Source: Octopus vulgaris (lineage: Eukaryota). Taken from it: 64,000 nucleotides of DNA. Location of the stretch: positions 38,254,001 to 38,318,000 of the forward strand of contig OX597839.1 in the NCBI GenBank assembly GCA_951406725.2, given 5' to 3'. Below the pieces are notes generated by a model. The model worked only from the letters and a program-made list of their open reading frames with translations, searched no databases and was not told the DNA's origin. Of this stretch, positions 28,780-43,665 are shown in pieces. A program made the translations under genes and the position numbers. Every line of letters begins with the position of its first letter. Positions within the stretch are counted from its first letter, which is position 1.

Positions 28780-29712
28780 TTTGTGTGACTGAGTGGTTAA
28801 GGACCTTGCTGTGCGAACACGTGGTTCGAGCGATCAATTTCTGGTAGAGTGTTTTTTTTTCTGTCTTTTACTCTTTTACGTGTTTCAGTCATTTGACTGT
28901 GGCCATACTGGAGCACCGCCTTTAGTCGAGCAAATCGACCCCAGCACTTATTCTATGTAAACCTAGTAATTATTCTATCGGTCTCTTTTGCCGAACCGCT
29001 AAGTTACGAGAACGTAAACACACCAGCATCGGTTGTCAAGCGATGTTGGGGGTGGGGACAAACACATAAACATAAACATACACACACACGCACACACACA
29101 CACATACACACACACATATATACATTGCTTTCATCCTTTTGAGGTCGATGAAAAAAGTACCAGTTGAACACTGGGGTCGATTTAATCGACTTTGCCCCTC
29201 CCCCAAACCTGCTGGCCCTGTGAAAATGATTGGAAATGTGTATCGCATTTGATGCATGGGCACCAAGGAAATATGTTCTGCGTATCACATGGGATACACA
29301 GGAGAAGCAAAAGGTTAACAGGTCCAGTATCTTTAGGACGGCCAGACTGCATCTCTTCGCCTTATCATATCAGACTACAAACTGTCAGTCAGTCGATCAC
29401 GACGACGAGGGTTCAAGTTGATCCGGCCAACGGAACAGCCTGCTCGTGAAATTAACGTGAAAGTGGTTGAGCGCTCCGCAGACACGCATGACCATAACGT
29501 AAGATCCCAGTCAGATTCAGCGTAATACAGAATGTAAAAAAGAATGCTGGCCCCTTTCGTATTACAAGTACAACTCATTTATGCCAGCTGAGTAGACTGA
29601 AGCAACGTGAAATAAAGTGACCTGCTCAAGGGACACAACACGCAGCCGGGAATCAAACTCACGACCTCCCGATCCCGAACCGAATACACTAACCACTGAG
29701 CCACGTGTCTTC
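28780..29712. mobile_element. Cluster of SINE C, A and B fragments
   Basis: Family-diagnostic motifs at 28865-29110, 29127-29230 and 29390-29712. Confidence 0.75.
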
Positions 29713-29999
29713 TTCACTCAACCTATACTAATATCAAATAGGTCTGTATACTCTGGTTTTGTTTTTATCGATGATCATTCTTTGCCAAAGATTAAAGATT
29801 TATATACGTAGAAGATTATTTCCAAACCATTTACCTATACAATAATATATCGCCTGACGAATTCTACGGCTTCTTCCGGAAGAGATTTAAATGTCGATGG
29901 ACTGGAATTTAAATATCAAACTGAAGGAATTTTGCCCAAGATGTATTTTAAACGTTTCCAAACAACCGACGAGTTCTATTCTATTTTACGGCTGCTTTA

Positions 30000-30360
<361 letters not shown>

Positions 30361-30634
30361 GAGGGAGGGAGAGAGAGAGAGATATGTCATGTATGATGTA
30401 TGTGTGTGTGCGTTTCTATATGCATGTGTGTACGTGTTTTCTTCACACGCGCAGGAGTGGTTGTGTTGTAAGAAGTTTGTTTTCCAACCACATGATTCTG
30501 GGTTCAGTCCCACTGCGTGACAGCTTGGGCAACTGTCTTCTGAGTGGATTTTGTAGACGAAAATTGAAACAAGCCCGTCGTATATATATATATATTTAAA
30601 AAAGGAGATGTGGAACACGAGTTGTGATATATAA

Positions 30635-30929
30635 AAAAGGAAATGAAGAAAATGCTGACAAAATAATTTAAGAAATTTAAGTAATTTAATTAGGTGAAAG
30701 TTCTTTTTACCGGTTGCGCATTTGTTATGCTTATCAAAAGATTAGAGTTCCTTTCTGATAGATTTTTTCCTCTTATCTGACAGTCAGATAAGAGGAAAAA
30801 ATCTATCAGAAAGGAACTCTAATCTTTTGATAAGCATAACAAATGCGCAACCGGTAAAAAGAACTTTCACCTAATTAAATTACTTAAATTACTTAAATTA
30901 TTTTGTCAGCATTTTCTTCATTTCCTTTT
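30635..30929. repeat. Near-perfect palindrome, 147-bp arms, centred on 30782
   Basis: Arms are reverse complements with 1 mismatch and a single unpaired central base. Confidence 0.95.
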
Positions 30930-31020
30930 ATATATATATATATATATATGTTGGTGAAAACGGTAAGATAACAAAAGAAAGAAAGAGACCTCAATATTAT
31001 GTAAATAGAGGAAATTTATC

Positions 31021-31736
31021 TATAAAATAATATGTTACAATTACTCAATAGTCAAGATAAAACTCTGAGTTTCAGATGCCGAAGTGGAAATCCACAACAC
31101 ATGTTTATATACGCATTCAATTTATGTTGGAAATTGTTAAAATTGGTGAGAGAGGGGCATATGTATATTCCTTTTTTGTATATGCGTGTGTGTGTGTATG
31201 CGTCTATAAACATGAGCGGGTATGTACATATATGGGCGTGTGTGTGTATGAGTGCATAAGGGCATGTCCGTATATGAACGTGGTTTTTATGCTTTGTATA
31301 CTTCCTTATGTTTTTTTCTGTTACCCTTAACCATGGTTTTTCTTGTGCTTGTGCGTATATAGACGTATGTATTAACTTTTACGGTACGCATGTGTGTGTG
31401 TATGAGTTTGTATATATATGCGTATATATTTGGCGAAAAATGCGAGTGAAGATGTGTACGTTTTCATAGTGACGTATAAGTACGCACGTGGGTCCGCGAG
31501 CGCACATGTGAGCGTATGACTACCATGTTTACGTGTTTACAATGAAATTTTAATCTTATTTTATATAAGTAGCAGAATTATAACACAGTAATTTCCCTTT
31601 ATATAACGGTATTTTTTCATAGCGTTTTTTCAGATGGCCAGATAACCGAAGAGATGGTGTTGTGGATTTCCACTTCGGCATCTGAAATTCAGAGTTTTAT
31701 CTTGACTATTGAGTAATTGTAACATATTATTTTATA
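31021..31736. mobile_element. Element bounded by 80-bp inverted repeats (Penelope-like end structure)
   Basis: 31021-31100 versus 31657-31736, 1 mismatch; flanked by (TA)n. Confidence 0.8.
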
Positions 31737-31941
31737 TATATATATATGCCAGAATTATAGAAGAATCAGCCTAATTATCTACCCCAGTAAAGTATTGTAA
31801 AGTACTGTTAAACAGACTTAAGAGGAAGGCAACAGATATCCTTGAAGAAGAACAGGTAGGATTTAAGACCCAAAGGTGAACTGTGGAGCAACAAATTTAA
31901 CATTAGAGAGCTCGTGGAGATATTCATATATACCTTATATA

Positions 31942-31997
<56 letters not shown>

Positions 31998-32102
31998 CGA
32001 ACACACATACGTACATATATACATAAAACTGAAAACAGGGAGCATAGTAATACTTACAAGCCTCAGCATTGATAAAACAGGCGATACTACTACTACCACC
32101 AA

Positions 32103-32188
<86 letters not shown>

Positions 32189-32247
32189 TTACTACTACTA
32201 CTACTACAACTTCTGCTGCTAATAATAATAGTAATAATAATAATTAC

Positions 32248-32334
<87 letters not shown>

Positions 32335-32725
32335 CAAAAACATGAATAACATACCAAAATAACTGAGTAGAAAAACTCAAAGGCAACACTGAATTAATTA
32401 TCGTATTTTTTCCTTTTTTTAGTTTTATTTACTTATTTATTTATTGTAATTTTATAACCCCCAGATTTTTTTTCATTCGCTGGGCGTTTTTCCTCTAATT
32501 TCCTTTTTCTGGGCTTTTTGTTTTTTGGTTTTTTTTTCTCTCTCTCTCTGTTTATTTTTGTTTTCCCTTATTTTTAAATTGGCTTTTTGTACAAATTCCT
32601 GTTGGAAAACTTCTTTCGTTGTAGCTCACAGCTTTCGTCTAAGACCTGCAGTTGTGATGCCGTGTTAATTAAAAATCCGAAAAACGATATACCGTTCCAA
32701 AATCACGCAGGGAATACTGGAGGAA

Positions 32726-32823
32726 TTACTCGACGTAGTCAAAGAGTCCGTATTCTCGTAGCAAAATGGCGGCGATGACAAAAGACAGATTAACAACATG
32801 GCTTCTTTGCAGTGAGTCTCCGG
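32726..32823 (-). CDS. Terminal exon of the Cys-rich gene, GPI-signal-like tail (A)GDSLQRSHVVNLSFVIAAILLREYGLFDYVE*
   Basis: Long polypyrimidine tract plus catccag| acceptor; phase 1 matches the 41125 donor; small residues, spacer, then hydrophobic stretch. Confidence 0.7.
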
Positions 32824-33177
32824 CTGGATGACGGAGGATTGGGTGGCGAGGAAGAGGAGAGAAAAATATAAAAGAAAATATTAGTAAAAAAAAAAAGATA
32901 TCATGACGGTTATCGTGACAGTGCGGTGGTAGGAAAGAGAAAAAGATAGAGAGAAAAAAAGCAGGGGAGTGATGAATCGATGGAGAAAGAGAGAGAAAAG
33001 ACATTTTAAGAATTGTGAGAAATTAGGGTTGTCGTAAAGGGTGAAAGAATAATGACAATACATCAAGTGCAGTATGTCTATGTATATATGTGTGTGTATA
33101 TAGTATGTGCATGTATATATATATCTATATAAATATATATATATATATATAGGGATATACATGTTTACATGTGTATA

Positions 33178-33281
<104 letters not shown>

Positions 33282-33358
33282 ACATACGTATACATATATT
33301 GTTCGAGTGACGAAGAACGAGACATTAATAAAAATAGATAGATAGATTGATTGATAGA

Positions 33359-33507
<149 letters not shown>

Positions 33508-33916
33508 GGGGAGAGAGAAGGAAAGAAAGCCATGCATAGAAAATTCTTTAGACAAGATAAACTAAAACACGGTGTATATTAATAAGACATTGAAACAGGA
33601 ACGTATTGACGCTCATGCGCGAGCAGAGTCACGTGAATAAACAGGTTTAAACATGATTGTGTCATTGTATTAATGAAGTGTGTGTGTGTGTATGTGTGTG
33701 TTTTGTATCTCGGAATACCTATGTGTTTTTGTGTGTCCGTGTAAGAATGTGGGACGATGTATAACGGCATATATGTGTGTGTGTGTGTGTTTGTGTTTGT
33801 GTGTGTGTTAGTATATATGTATGTATATCTACGCATGTATTAAGTGGTTGCGGTAAACATGTTTTTTTCAGTTGTTTACTTCTTTTTAGCCAGCATGTTT
33901 AAAACCATGAATGTTC

Positions 33917-33947
<31 letters not shown>

Positions 33948-34011
33948 CTTATACATCTGTTTGTTTTATACACCACCTGTCTTCGTCTTTTGTTTTTTTC
34001 ATGAACTCTCC

Positions 34012-34071
<60 letters not shown>

Positions 34072-34152
34072 GTGTGTGTGTGTGTATACACATATATATG
34101 TGCATATATATACATATATATATACACATAGATACGTACATGTATATAAATG

Positions 34153-34263
<111 letters not shown>

Positions 34264-34271
34264 GTACATAG

Positions 34272-34304
<33 letters not shown>

Positions 34305-34529
34305 AACACATTTCCATTTATTTGTCCCTTCCATTCTAACTCGTTCTAATTCGTTCTTGCTTCATATGTGTGCATAGATATGTATGTATATGATGTATAT
34401 GTATATGTGTATATACTTATGTATATATATACATATGAGTATATATATACATACATATATATATATATATATTTAAGTAGGTGAATGAATTATCTTATGT
34501 TTTTCATCTTCGTTCGACTCCATTCTTTC

Positions 34530-34573
<44 letters not shown>

Positions 34574-35292
34574 ACACACATATATATAGACACACATCTA
34601 TACAAGTACATGTGCATTAATACACACGCGCTCACGCACGTTCTCTTTTTCTATTCTCTGTCTTGTCTCTCTTTCTCGCCTCGACATTTACTCACCACTA
34701 ATGTTTCTTGGTGTATTTTGTTGTTGAGACTATGTCTGAGTTGTTTTCGCTGTCATATATATATAATTATATCAAAGGGAAATGGAAATTAATTAAAATT
34801 TACATTTCCAGTGGTCTAACGTGTGTAAAAATTTAGTCCAAAAGACTATGTATAGTCATAAGATACAGTGTACATTTGAGCACATGAAGAATCAACTCGT
34901 GGGATTCAACACGCTAGAAAGAACAGCTAGGTCCTATAACCACAAAATTAAGGATAAAATTCGACAGGAACGAAGTGAAAAATAAAAACATTTTACCATC
35001 TAGTTTCCTGGACCAATTGGTTTCTGATTTTAGTTTAGCGAGTAAATGAATAACAAATACACTCGCCAGGTTCAAATTTACATCTATTTAATAATGTATT
35101 TAATAAAAGTTAGCGGCAGCTCCGCATTACTTAAAGTTTCTTGGCGAAAGGAGACATCCACTTCACCAGATGTTCGAAGATAGACTCCGAACGCCTGATG
35201 AGTTAGATTTAAGTAATGTGGAGACCAGTCAGACTGTAACGAAATATAAATGGTTACACACACACACGTACGTATGTATGCATGTATGTATG

Positions 35293-35910
35293 TACGAGGG
35301 TGTTCTGAAGAGTTCCTGGCTTTGAGTAAAAGAAAATTCAGGAGGATCAATTACTTTTTTATTCTTTTACTCTTTTACTTGTTTCAGTCATTTGACTGCG
35401 GTCATGCTGGAGCACTGCCTTTAGTCGAGCAAATCGACCCCGGGACTTATTCTTTGTAAGCCCAGTACTTATTCTATCGGTCTCTTTGGCCGAACCGCTA
35501 TGTGACGGAGTAGTAAACACACCAGCATCGGTTGTCAAGCGATGTTGGAGGGGACAAACACAGACACACAAACACACACACATACATATATATATATACA
35601 TATATACGACAGGCTTCTTTCAGTTTCCGTCGGCCCGAGGCTATAGTAGAAGACACTTGCCCAAGGTGCCACGCAGTGGGACTGAACCCGGAACCATGTG
35701 GTTCGTAAGCAAGCTACTTACCACACAGCCACTCCCACGCCTATAAAAAAATTACGATTTTTTTCAACATATTCCCCTCTCAGTTCCACACACTTCTTGC
35801 AACGGTCCTTCAGTTTTTCTAAGCCATATGAAAGGACTCGGATAGTTAGACTTCCAACCAGGCTTTTTGTGTTACTCGTAAAGCCAGGAACTTTTCCGCA
35901 TTCCCACGTG
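35293..35910 (-). mobile_element. Mariner deletion derivative interrupted by a family C SINE (about 35357-35743)
   Basis: Degenerate TIRs sharing AGTTCCTGGCTTT; transposase C-terminus LEKLKDRCKKCVELRGEYVEK. Confidence 0.75.
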
Positions 35911-36504
35911 TTTGTGTGTGTGTGTGTGGGGGGGCCTATAATGTATGTGTATATGTGTGTATGAATGGTATACCGATAGATAGCTAGGTAGATACACAAA
36001 CATAGATACATTTACACATACGCACATACATTAATATATATACATATATATATATATACACACACATATATGTATATTTATACATATATACATAAATATA
36101 TATACACACACATGTACATACACATACATAACACACACATGCATAGATACATACATAACATTCATACACATAGGTACATACATACATATATTTATACCTA
36201 TAAGATGCTATTAAATATAATTATTTCGTTAAGAATCTCATTTTCACAAGATCTTGTTATGAGTCTCCACCGTTCTTAGGGAAATCTATAAAGATATGCC
36301 TGAGATCTTCTTAGTGATGATGATGATGATGATCATCATCATCATCATCATGTTATGGTACAGTAGTGATGATGTTATGGTCGAGAAATGCTGTGTATTT
36401 GTCTGTGTGTGGGCATCTATGTATGTATGTATGTATGTATGTATGTGCATATACATATACATACTCCTGTATACACGTATATATATATATACATGTATAT
36501 ACAC

Positions 36505-36536
<32 letters not shown>

Positions 36537-36585
36537 GTATATACATACACATAGGTATACTTATAAATAATATGCATATATATTC

Positions 36586-36616
<31 letters not shown>

Positions 36617-38021
36617 TACATATATATATGCATATATATACACATATATATATGTGTGTGTGTGTGTGTGTGCATATACATATGCACGCGCGCATGTATA
36701 CAAAGAGGTAAGTAGGTAGGTAGGCTAGTTGATAGATGGATGGATGGATGGATAGAAAGATAGATAGATAGATAGATGCATATATACGTCTGTATACATT
36801 TATTTGTGTAAGTCTGTGTTTGTGCGTTTATTTGTATACATCCAATATATAGCCGTGTTAGAGTATCTCTGTCTATGTAAGTGTGTGCGCCTGCGTGCGT
36901 GTGTCTGCATTGAGCGTTTCAATAATAACTGCAGACCCCCATATTGAAAAACAGTGCCCATTATATATTCCATTTGCCTGTAAGTAAAACTCACCAAACA
37001 GCTTTATTAACAGTGTGTAATATATTTATTTGCATGTATCGACCGCGCCGCTATGATTGACTAACCGCCATTTTGATGGGGGGTTTTCTGTTGGTTTTTT
37101 TAATATTTTTAAAGCTATTGCTGCGTTTCGTCAGGAAACTGACAGCAAATCATACCTAAAAGATGCTGCTAGAAATAGTAAAGAATAATTATTACTAATA
37201 TTACTGTTACTACTACAGCTCTGGAACGCTTCAGAATTGAATAACAGACGCGTTAACGCCTCACAAGGTATATAATGCAAAATCCTCCTTGAATTTGGCA
37301 TAGAAAATCCTTGAGATTAATTAATATAACACTGTTTACCTCCTCCTCCAACTTTCGTCCCTCTTCTTCGCGACAGGGCGCCATTTTGATACGACTTGAC
37401 ATCCTTATTTTCTTCCCTCTTTCATCGTGATCGTCGTGTTCACGGCCACCACTCCACCACCCCCATCATCACCATCTTCTTCTTCTTCTTCTTCTTCTTC
37501 TTCTTCTTCTTCTTCTTCTTCTTCTTCTTCTTCTTCTTCTTCTTCTTCTTCTTCTTCTTCTTCTTCTTCTTCTTCTTCTCTTTCTCCTTTCGTTTTTATT
37601 TTTTTTTTAAATTTCCTGTTCGCTTGATTTTTTTTCTGTTGTTGCATCCTTATGCATGCGTGCCTACATGCATGTGTGCATATCTTTGTGTGTCTATCCA
37701 TGGTATGTGTTTACGTGCGTGTTTGTATATGTGTGAATGTGATCATACATACATAGATACATACATACATATACACATACATACATACACTCACACACAT
37801 ACATACATACATGCATACATACATACATATATACATACATACATATACACATACATACACACACCCATACATACATACACACACACACACATACATACAT
37901 ACATACATACATACATACATACATACATACACACATACATACATACATACATACATTCGTTATTTGTCGTTATCGCTGCTGTTATTTTCTTTGTTTTTAT
38001 GAAGTATTTTTTCTTTGCTGC

Positions 38022-38054
<33 letters not shown>

Positions 38055-38253
38055 AGTTGCTGCTCTTGTGGTATTTTTTTTATTTTTGTTAATTTTTTTG
38101 TTTTTTTTAAATTTTTTTTGTTTTTTTTTGCGTAGCTCACAGTCATTTTTGAGCAAATGTACTAAAGCCAAATCGTTATCTTCTCCAGTTTGGTAGCCGA
38201 CGACGACGACGACATACCGCCATGCTGTCACACTGTCACACTGCTCGCCGAGC

Positions 38254-38279
38254 TCACGGAATAATTGCGTTTTCAAGGA
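38254..38279 (-). CDS. Candidate alternative terminal exon (V)LENAIIP*
   Basis: T-rich tract plus weak attaag| acceptor; phase 1 compatible; UTR-like sequence follows; peptide resembles the 55822 exon. Confidence 0.35.
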
Positions 38280-38436
38280 CTTAATGGCGACACAGAGTCA
38301 AATTAACAAAATAATAAAAGAATATAAAAAAGCAACAGCTACAACAACACCAACAGCAATAATGATGATGATGATAAGGATAATGATGAAGGGGATGAGG
38401 ATGGTGATGATAATGAGGAGGAGTTCAACGACAACG

Positions 38437-38520
<84 letters not shown>

Positions 38521-38559
38521 GAAGAAGGATGATGATAATAATAATAATGATAATTTTTT

Positions 38560-38790
38560 TTTCTTTATTGCCTATAGGGGACTAAACGTAGAGGGGACAA
38601 ACAAGGACAGACAAAGGGAATGAATCGATTACATCGACCTCTGTGTGTAACTGGTACTTATTTAATCGACCCCGAAAGGATGAAAGGCAAAGCCGACCTC
38701 GGCGGAATTTGAACTCAGAGCGTAGCGACGGACGAAATATCGCTAAGCATTTCGTCCAGCGTGCTAACGATTCTGCCAGCACGCCGCCTT
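38560..38790 (-). mobile_element. SINE family A
   Basis: Family core motif. Confidence 0.85.
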
Positions 38791-38826
38791 CAGTAATGAA
38801 TAACAATAATAATGATGATAATAATA

Positions 38827-38915
<89 letters not shown>

Positions 38916-39279
38916 TGTTTTGTCTTGGCATAAAATATGAGCTACAGCAAATATTCTGCTCAATACTAGGGATTTGATTGTCAGTTGTTTGACCTTAACC
39001 AGTTGAGCATGTCCCTTAGTGGCTGACGATATGTGCATCTCTGATCACGAGCAGAAGTAGTGGGGGAGCATCATGGCCATGTGTTGAGAGGGATTCTTTG
39101 GGATTTGGATAATTCACCTTTGGAAACATGGGTGTTTCGTTCAACATCCTTAAACAGCCCTTATTCAGGGACCTGTTGAGCGGGATGGGCTACTCCGACC
39201 ACAAGAAAATTCTAACTGGGCCCCAATAGTAGTAGTAGTGGCTGTGGTAGCGGAGATAGTAGTACTAGTAGTGGCTGTG

Positions 39280-39337
<58 letters not shown>

Positions 39338-39550
39338 AAGGCTAGCAATTTCAGGAGAAGGGCAATTTTAGTGCTCAACTGGTATTTATTTCATCGACCT
39401 CGAAAGGATGAAAGACAATGTCGACCTCGAGGGTATTTGAACTCAGTACCTAGAGATGAATGAAATGCCTATGACCATTTGACCCAGCGCGCTAACGATT
39501 CTGCCAACCCACTGCCTAAATCAGCATTAATATTAAAATTATAGGTAAGG

Positions 39551-40085
39551 CGGTGGTGAGATGGCAGAAACGTTAGCACGCCGGGCGAAGTGCTTAAAGG
39601 TATTTCGTCTGCCCCTACGTTCTGAGTTCAAATTCCGCTGAGGTCGACTTTGCCTTTCATCCTTTCGGGTTCGATTAAATAACTACCAGTTACGCACTGG
39701 GGTCGATATAATCGACTTAATCCGTTTGTCTGTCCTTGTTTGTCCTCTCTGTGTTTAGCCCCTTGTGGGTAGTAAAGAAATAGGTATTTCGTCTGCCGTT
39801 ACGTTCTGAGTTCAAATTCCGCCGATGTCAACTTTGCCTTTCATCCTTTCAATGTCGATAAATTAAATACCAGTTACGCACTGGGGTCGATCTAATCGAC
39901 TTAATCCGTTTAATCCGTTTGTCTGTCCTTGTTTGTCTTCTCTGTACCAGTTACGCACTGGGGTCGATCTAATCGACTTAATCTCCTTGTCTGTCCTTGT
40001 TTGTCCCCTCTATGTTTAGCCCCTTGCGGGCAATAAAGAAATAAGAAACGTTAGCACGCCGGGCAAAATGCTTAGCGGATTTCGT
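39551..40085 (+). mobile_element. SINE family A multimer
   Basis: Head, two bodies, a duplicated tail segment and a new head fragment. Confidence 0.88.
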
Positions 40086-40780
40086 TCATATCTAGGTTCT
40101 AAGATGGTGGATAAAATAACCATCAGTCGAGCACTTGGCTTGATGTAATCGTCTATCTTCCACCTCCACCCCCACTCCGTTCCCACCTCGACATTGCTGG
40201 CCTTGAGCTAAAATTTGAATCCAATTTTTAATATTACGCGTAATGAATGTTAGAAATATTGTTTAGTACTACCGTGAGTATTAAGATTAGGATTAAGATT
40301 AGGAGTATTAAGATTAGTGAGGGCTAGAAATAGGGTTATGATTAGGATTAGGTATAGTATTATGGATGAATTTTTTCGTTCTTTCTGGAAATATTAATAT
40401 TTGGTTAGCGTTAGAATTAGCGAAATGTGTGCGACTAGTTTGTATTAGTAGAGATTAAAGATTGGATCTCTTGTCCCTCTCCCAGACAAAATCTCCGGTG
40501 TTTCTGGGAATATTTATTTTAAATGTTGGCACAATACCAGCAATTTCTAAGGAGGGAGCAATTCGATTAAATCGATTTCAGTATTCAACTGGTATTTATT
40601 TTATCGACCCTGAAATGACAAAAGGCAAAGTTGCCCTCGGCGGAATTCGAACTCAGAACGGGAAGACGGACGAAATGCTTCTTAGCATTTCGCCCAACAC
40701 CTTAATGATTCTGTCAAAAGCCGCCTTCGTTTCTAGAAAAAAACTGTTGTTAGATTAGCACTAGCGTTAAATTTAGGGTT

Positions 40781-41050
40781 GTGGAGGCGCGTGGCTTAGT
40801 GGTTAGGTTGTCAGCACCATGATCGTAAGATTGTGGTTTCGATTCCTGGACCGGGCGACGCGTTGTGTTCTTGAGCAAAACACTTCATTTCATGTTGCTC
40901 CAGTCCACTCAGCTGGCAAAAATGAGTAACGCTGCGATGGACTGGAGTCCCGTCCAGCTGGAGAACACATACGCCATTGAAACCAGGAACCAGGACCCAT
41001 GAGCCTGGCTAGGCTTTAAAAAAGGGCGCATTTATTTATTTATTTATTAT
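40781..41050 (+). mobile_element. SINE family B
   Basis: Near-identical to the 19779 copy; flanked by a taaatttagggtt duplication. Confidence 0.9.
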
Positions 41051-41124
41051 TATTTTAAATTTAGGGTTAGAGTTGGAAAAGGCTTGGGACTAGTTGAAAT
41101 TAGAAGGAATTTTAAAGATCTTAC

Positions 41125-41276
41125 CATTGGATTTCTTACGCTTCTCCTGACAAAATGACCGAAGTTTCTGGAAATACTGTTGTTCTTTCTTCTCAATCTG
41201 TTGCTGGAAAGACGACATGAACTGGCATTTGCCAATCTGAGACGTCTCCAGACAGCTTTCGGCCAGCTGGTATTGC
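41125..41276 (-). CDS. Cys-rich gene, domain 2 second half: (W)QYQLAESCLETSQIGKCQFMSSFQQQIEKKEQQYFQKLRSFCQEKRKKSN
   Basis: ttttgtctaattacag| acceptor with CTAAT branch-like motif; G|gtaag donor; phase 2-1; 152 nt. Confidence 0.85.
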
Positions 41277-41303
41277 CTGTAATTAGACAAAACTTTTTAG
41301 TAC

Positions 41304-41304
<1 letters not shown>

Positions 41305-41364
<60 letters not shown>

Positions 41365-41375
41365 GGTGGTGGTGT

Positions 41376-41419
<44 letters not shown>

Positions 41420-41582
41420 GGTAGTGGTGGTGGTGGTGGTGGTGGCTGTAGTAGTAGTTGTAGTAGTAGTAGTTGTAGTAGTAGTAGTAGTAGTAGTAGT
41501 TGTAGTTGTAGTTGTAGCAGCAGCAGTAGTAGTTGCTGTGGTGGTGGTAGTAGTAGTAGTAGCAGCAGCAGTAGTAGTTGCT

Positions 41583-41617
<35 letters not shown>

Positions 41618-42255
41618 GATGGTAGTAGTGGTGGTGGTAGTAGTGACGGTAATGCTGGTGACGCTGATGATGGTGATGATGATGATGATGATGGTGTTGG
41701 TTGCTGCGGCGATGATGATGATGATGATGGTGGTAGCGGCAAGGGCAGGGGCACTGGTGGTGTTGATGGCGGTGATGGCGGTGATGGTGGTGGTGGTGGT
41801 GGTGGTGGTAGTGATGGGTGGGTTGTTTGCAGTAATGAGACACATTGATGAATTAGCCAGTGTACTATCAGCTCCCTCTCTCGGTGTATGTCAGTTAATC
41901 AACTTTGATTACTGTAATCAACTGATAATAATCAATTGGCCTCACACACTCACACACACACACACACACAATAATAATAACAACAAGAACAACAACAACA
42001 ACAACAACAACAATAATAATAATAATAATAATAATAATGATAATAATAATAATAATAATAATAATAATATGATAATAATAATAATAATGATAATGATAAT
42101 AATAATAATGATAATAATAATAATAATGATAATAATAATAATAATAATAAATAATAATAATAATAATAATAATAATGATGATGATAATAATAATAATAAT
42201 AATGATAATAATAATAATAATGATGATGATGATAATAATAATGATGATGATGATG

Positions 42256-42322
<67 letters not shown>

Positions 42323-42396
42323 TGATGATAATAATAATAATAATAATGATAATAATAATAATAATGATGATGATGATAATAATAATGATGATGATG

Positions 42397-42445
<49 letters not shown>

Positions 42446-43378
42446 TGATGATGATAATAATAATAATAATAATAATGATAATAATAATGATAATAATAAT
42501 AATAATGATGATGATGATAATAATAATAAATTACAGCTTCTGGAAAGTGGCTGTGGTGCTGGTGGTGGTGATAGTAGTGGTGGTGGTAGCTGTGGGGGGG
42601 GGGGCGTCGCTGTCGTCGTCGTGATAATGGTGGTATTACTGATATTATTGTGTGATTCTGTTGTTGTACTGGTGGTGATGGTGGTGGTGGTGGTGGTTGT
42701 GGTGGTGGTGGTGGTGTTACTGTGGTATAGCGGCATTGTGATACAGTGGTATTGTGGATGGTTGTATTGTTGACGTTGTTGTAGCTGCTGCTACTGCTGC
42801 TGTTGGTGCTGTTGTCAATCTTGTTTTTCTACACAAAAACGCTCACAACACAAACACACGTCCTCACAACCACACCAACAGACACTAACCTCACAACTTG
42901 TAACATGTTTTCACTATCACACTACGCCACCCGCACAACAAGTCCGCAGCGCCACACCGCCGCCACAACACAACATTACACTACACAACGTATCTTCACT
43001 CTCCCACACACCACAACAACCTCACAACACATCCTTACAACATGCCCCCCGCCAAACATACACTCGTCCTTCCCACCACGCCTAAAACACGTAACGTCTT
43101 CACTACCTCACAACAAACACCACGACCGCCTGACATAGTCTCACAACTATGCGTTACCACTGCATATTTCCTCACTACCACATGACACAGCCACCGCCAC
43201 CACCACCACAACCGACACTACTAACACCACTGCCAGCCACCACAGCCACCACCACCACCACCACCACAGCCACCAACACCACAGCCACCAACACCACAGC
43301 CACCAACACCACAGCCACCACCACCGCCATAACCACCGTCACCATCAACACCACTGCTACCAAATCCACAGCCACCAC

Positions 43379-43416
<38 letters not shown>

Positions 43417-43640
43417 TCACCACAACCACCGCTACTACCATCACCGCCGCCGCCAGTTCTACCACCGCTACCACCAGTGCCGCCATCGCCGCCACACTAC
43501 CACAACGACCACCATCCACACCACCAACATCACCACCACCACCACCATCACCACCGCCATCACAACAACAACTGCCACCATCACCACTCCCACCAAAACC
43601 ACAGCCACCGCATCCACCGCCGCCGCCGCCACCACCTCCA
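41305..43640. repeat. Compound trinucleotide low-complexity block (TAG/TGG/TAA/TGA/CCA/GCC)
   Basis: Direct inspection. Confidence 0.9.
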
Positions 43641-43665
43641 CACATATCCTCATTACCACATTCTA

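Noticed and set aside
32762-32773. Perfect YY1 motif CAAAATGGCGGC
   Set aside because: Explained by the AAIL codons of the minus-strand terminal exon.
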